DNA of 64,000 bases from an uncultured Hyphomicrobiales bacterium (GTDB lineage Bacteria > Pseudomonadota > Alphaproteobacteria > Rhodospirillales > CAYFNC01). A model generated the notes under the pieces. It did no database searches. It saw nothing but the letters and a program-made list of their open reading frames with translations, and was not told the origin of the DNA. Both the position numbers and the translations under genes were made by a program. The stretch is from contig CAYFNC010000011.1 of the NCBI GenBank assembly GCA_964344345.1, positions 18,325-82,324 of the forward strand, written 5' to 3'. Below, in pieces: positions 62,452 to 64,000 of the stretch (position 1 is its first letter; every line of letters starts with the position of its first letter).

Positions 62452-63969
62452 TCAAACGGAGCAACTCCCCCGGTCCTCGCGCGGGTCGGGATAGAGGGTG
62501 TCGAGCGGCACCGACTTCCCGGCCGAGGTCACGATGCGGCAATGGCTTCGGCGCAACCGCCTCGGCGCCGGCACGCCGCAGGAATGGCCGATAACGCCGA
62601 CCTCGCGCACCATGTTGCGGACGTAGTTGGCGACGCGGACCGATTTCTCCCCGGGCACCAGGCCCTTCTGCAGGCGGGGGTCGTGGGTGGCGACGCCGGT
62701 GGGGCACGTGTTCTTGTTGCACTGGAGCGCCTGGACGCAGCCGAGCGCGAACATGAAGCCGCGCGCGGAGGCGACGAAATCGGCCCCGGCGCAGAGCGCC
62801 CAGGCCACAGACGACGCGGTGACCAGCTTGCCGGACGCGATGACCTTGATCCGGTCCTCGAGCCCGTGCTTGTGGATCATGTCCACCACCATGGGCAGGC
62901 TTTCCTGGATCGGAATGCCCATGTGGTCGATCAGGCTTTGGGGCGCGGCGCCGGTGCCGCCGTCGGCGCTGTCGACGGTGATGAAGTCGGGCGCGTAGTT
63001 CAGCCCCATCTCCATGATCATCTCGAACAGGCCCTCGAGCCATGCGGTGGAGCCGATCACGGTCTTGAAGCCCACGGGCTTTCCCGTGACCTCGCGCACG
63101 CGCAGGATCATGTCCAGCAGGTCTCCGGGCGAGGCGATGTCGGGGTGGCGGTTGGGGCTGATGGCGTCTTGGCCCATGGGGATGCCGCGCATCTTGGCGA
63201 TTTCGGGGGTGATCTTGGAGGCGGGTAGGATGCCGCCCTTGCCGGGCTTGGCGCCCTGGCTCATCTTGATCTCGAACATGCGGACGGCTTCATGGGCGGC
63301 GACCTCGCGGAGCTTCTCGTCGCTGAGGTTCCCGTCCTCGTCGCGCACCCCGAACTTTGCGGTTCCGATCTGGAACACCAGGTCGCAACCCGCCTCGAGA
63401 TGATAGGGCGACAGCGCCCCCTCGCCGGTGTTGACCCAGCACCCGGCCTCGCGCGCGCCGGCCGTGAGCGCCAGGACGGCGGGCTTGGACAGCGCACCGT
63501 AGCTCATGCCGGACACGTTGAAGATGGACTTGGTCACGAAGGGTTGGGGACAGTCGGCGCCGATGGTCATGGGCTCGGGCTCCACCGCGTCCTGGGCCAG
63601 GACCGGGAACGGGCAGTTCACGAACAGCACCGTGCCCGGCGGGCGCAGATCGTGGGTGGAGCCGAAGGCCACCGTGTTGTCGATGTTCTTGGCCGCGCGG
63701 TAGACCCAGGTTCGCTGGGCCCGGTTGAACGGCATCTCCTCGCGGTCGGAGGCGAAGAAGTACTGGCGGAAGAACTCGCCCAGATGCTCGAACATGTAAC
63801 GGAAGCGGCCGATGACCGGAAAGTTCCGCCGCACCGCGTGCTTGCTCTGGCTGCGATCGACGACGTAGACGACCGCGACCGCCACGATCCCGATCCCGAC
63901 GCCCAACGTCGCCAACGTGATGAACAGGTCGTTGGCCAGGGTGATGTAGTAATGCCAAGTCTCCAACAT
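62452..63969 (-). CDS. FMN-binding glutamate synthase-family protein (GltB FMN-domain homologue, membrane anchored)
   Basis: An N-terminal TM, then RRNFPVIGRFRY.FE..GEFFRQYF...DREE.PF.R, SGMSYGALS, KMSQGAKPGKGG.LP and DGGTGAAP match this family. The start is 63969 or 63984. Confidence 0.85.
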   Translation of the reverse strand: MLETWHYYITLANDLFITLATLGVGIGIVAVAVVYVVDRSQSKHAVRRNFPVIGRFRYMFEHLGEFFRQYFFASDREEMPFNRAQRTWVYRAAKNIDNTVAFGSTHDLRPPGTVLFVNCPFPVLAQDAVEPEPMTIGADCPQPFVTKSIFNVSGMSYGALSKPAVLALTAGAREAGCWVNTGEGALSPYHLEAGCDLVFQIGTAKFGVRDEDGNLSDEKLREVAAHEAVRMFEIKMSQGAKPGKGGILPASKITPEIAKMRGIPMGQDAISPNRHPDIASPGDLLDMILRVREVTGKPVGFKTVIGSTAWLEGLFEMIMEMGLNYAPDFITVDSADGGTGAAPQSLIDHMGIPIQESLPMVVDMIHKHGLEDRIKVIASGKLVTASSVAWALCAGADFVASARGFMFALGCVQALQCNKNTCPTGVATHDPRLQKGLVPGEKSVRVANYVRNMVREVGVIGHSCGVPAPRRLRRSHCRIVTSAGKSVPLDTLYPDPREDRGSCSV

Positions 63970-64000
63970 GGCCCCTTCTCCCATGTTTCGCTTGAACGCT

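Overview
High-GC chromosomal segment (most sampled 60-nt lines are about 60-70% G+C). Gene content looks like a Rhodospirillales-type alphaproteobacterium. I can support about 62 protein genes and 2 tRNA genes. I saw no rRNA, CRISPR array, transposase or integrase. Backbone genes: pyrC fragment, acuI, queD/hspQ, an RpoH-like sigma factor, TetR plus phasin, a RelE/ParE toxin-antitoxin pair, msrA, nadK, thyX, aroA, phaC, hom, metZ with a SAM-II leader, flgBC-fliE-fliQR-flhB followed by a CckA-like hybrid kinase, and nadABC. Items worth a second look: (1) a tRNA-Thr(UGU) gene split in its anticodon loop by a 209-nt ORF-less group I intron, which the ORF track mis-reads as ORFs. (2) A six-gene co-directional cluster between aroA and tRNA-Glu (TPR/glycosyltransferase-like protein, orphan TPP E1 alpha/beta, an unknown protein, two paralogous radical-SAM enzymes) with no obvious pathway. 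(3) A 1.5-kb low-GC island (about 33-38% G+C) with a consensus promoter abutted by a GTTC-N7-GTTC (alphaproteobacterial SOS-box type) site, two coupled mini-ORFs and an orphan 257-aa ORF. (4) A vWA / PP2C / atypical kinase triad (TerY-P type) fused onto the end of a housekeeping hom operon. (5) An octahaem hydroxylamine-oxidoreductase-family cytochrome. (6) A complete Anbu (proteasome-like) four-gene operon. All calls come from reading the sequence and translations by eye and from remembered family signatures. No searches or folding programs were run.
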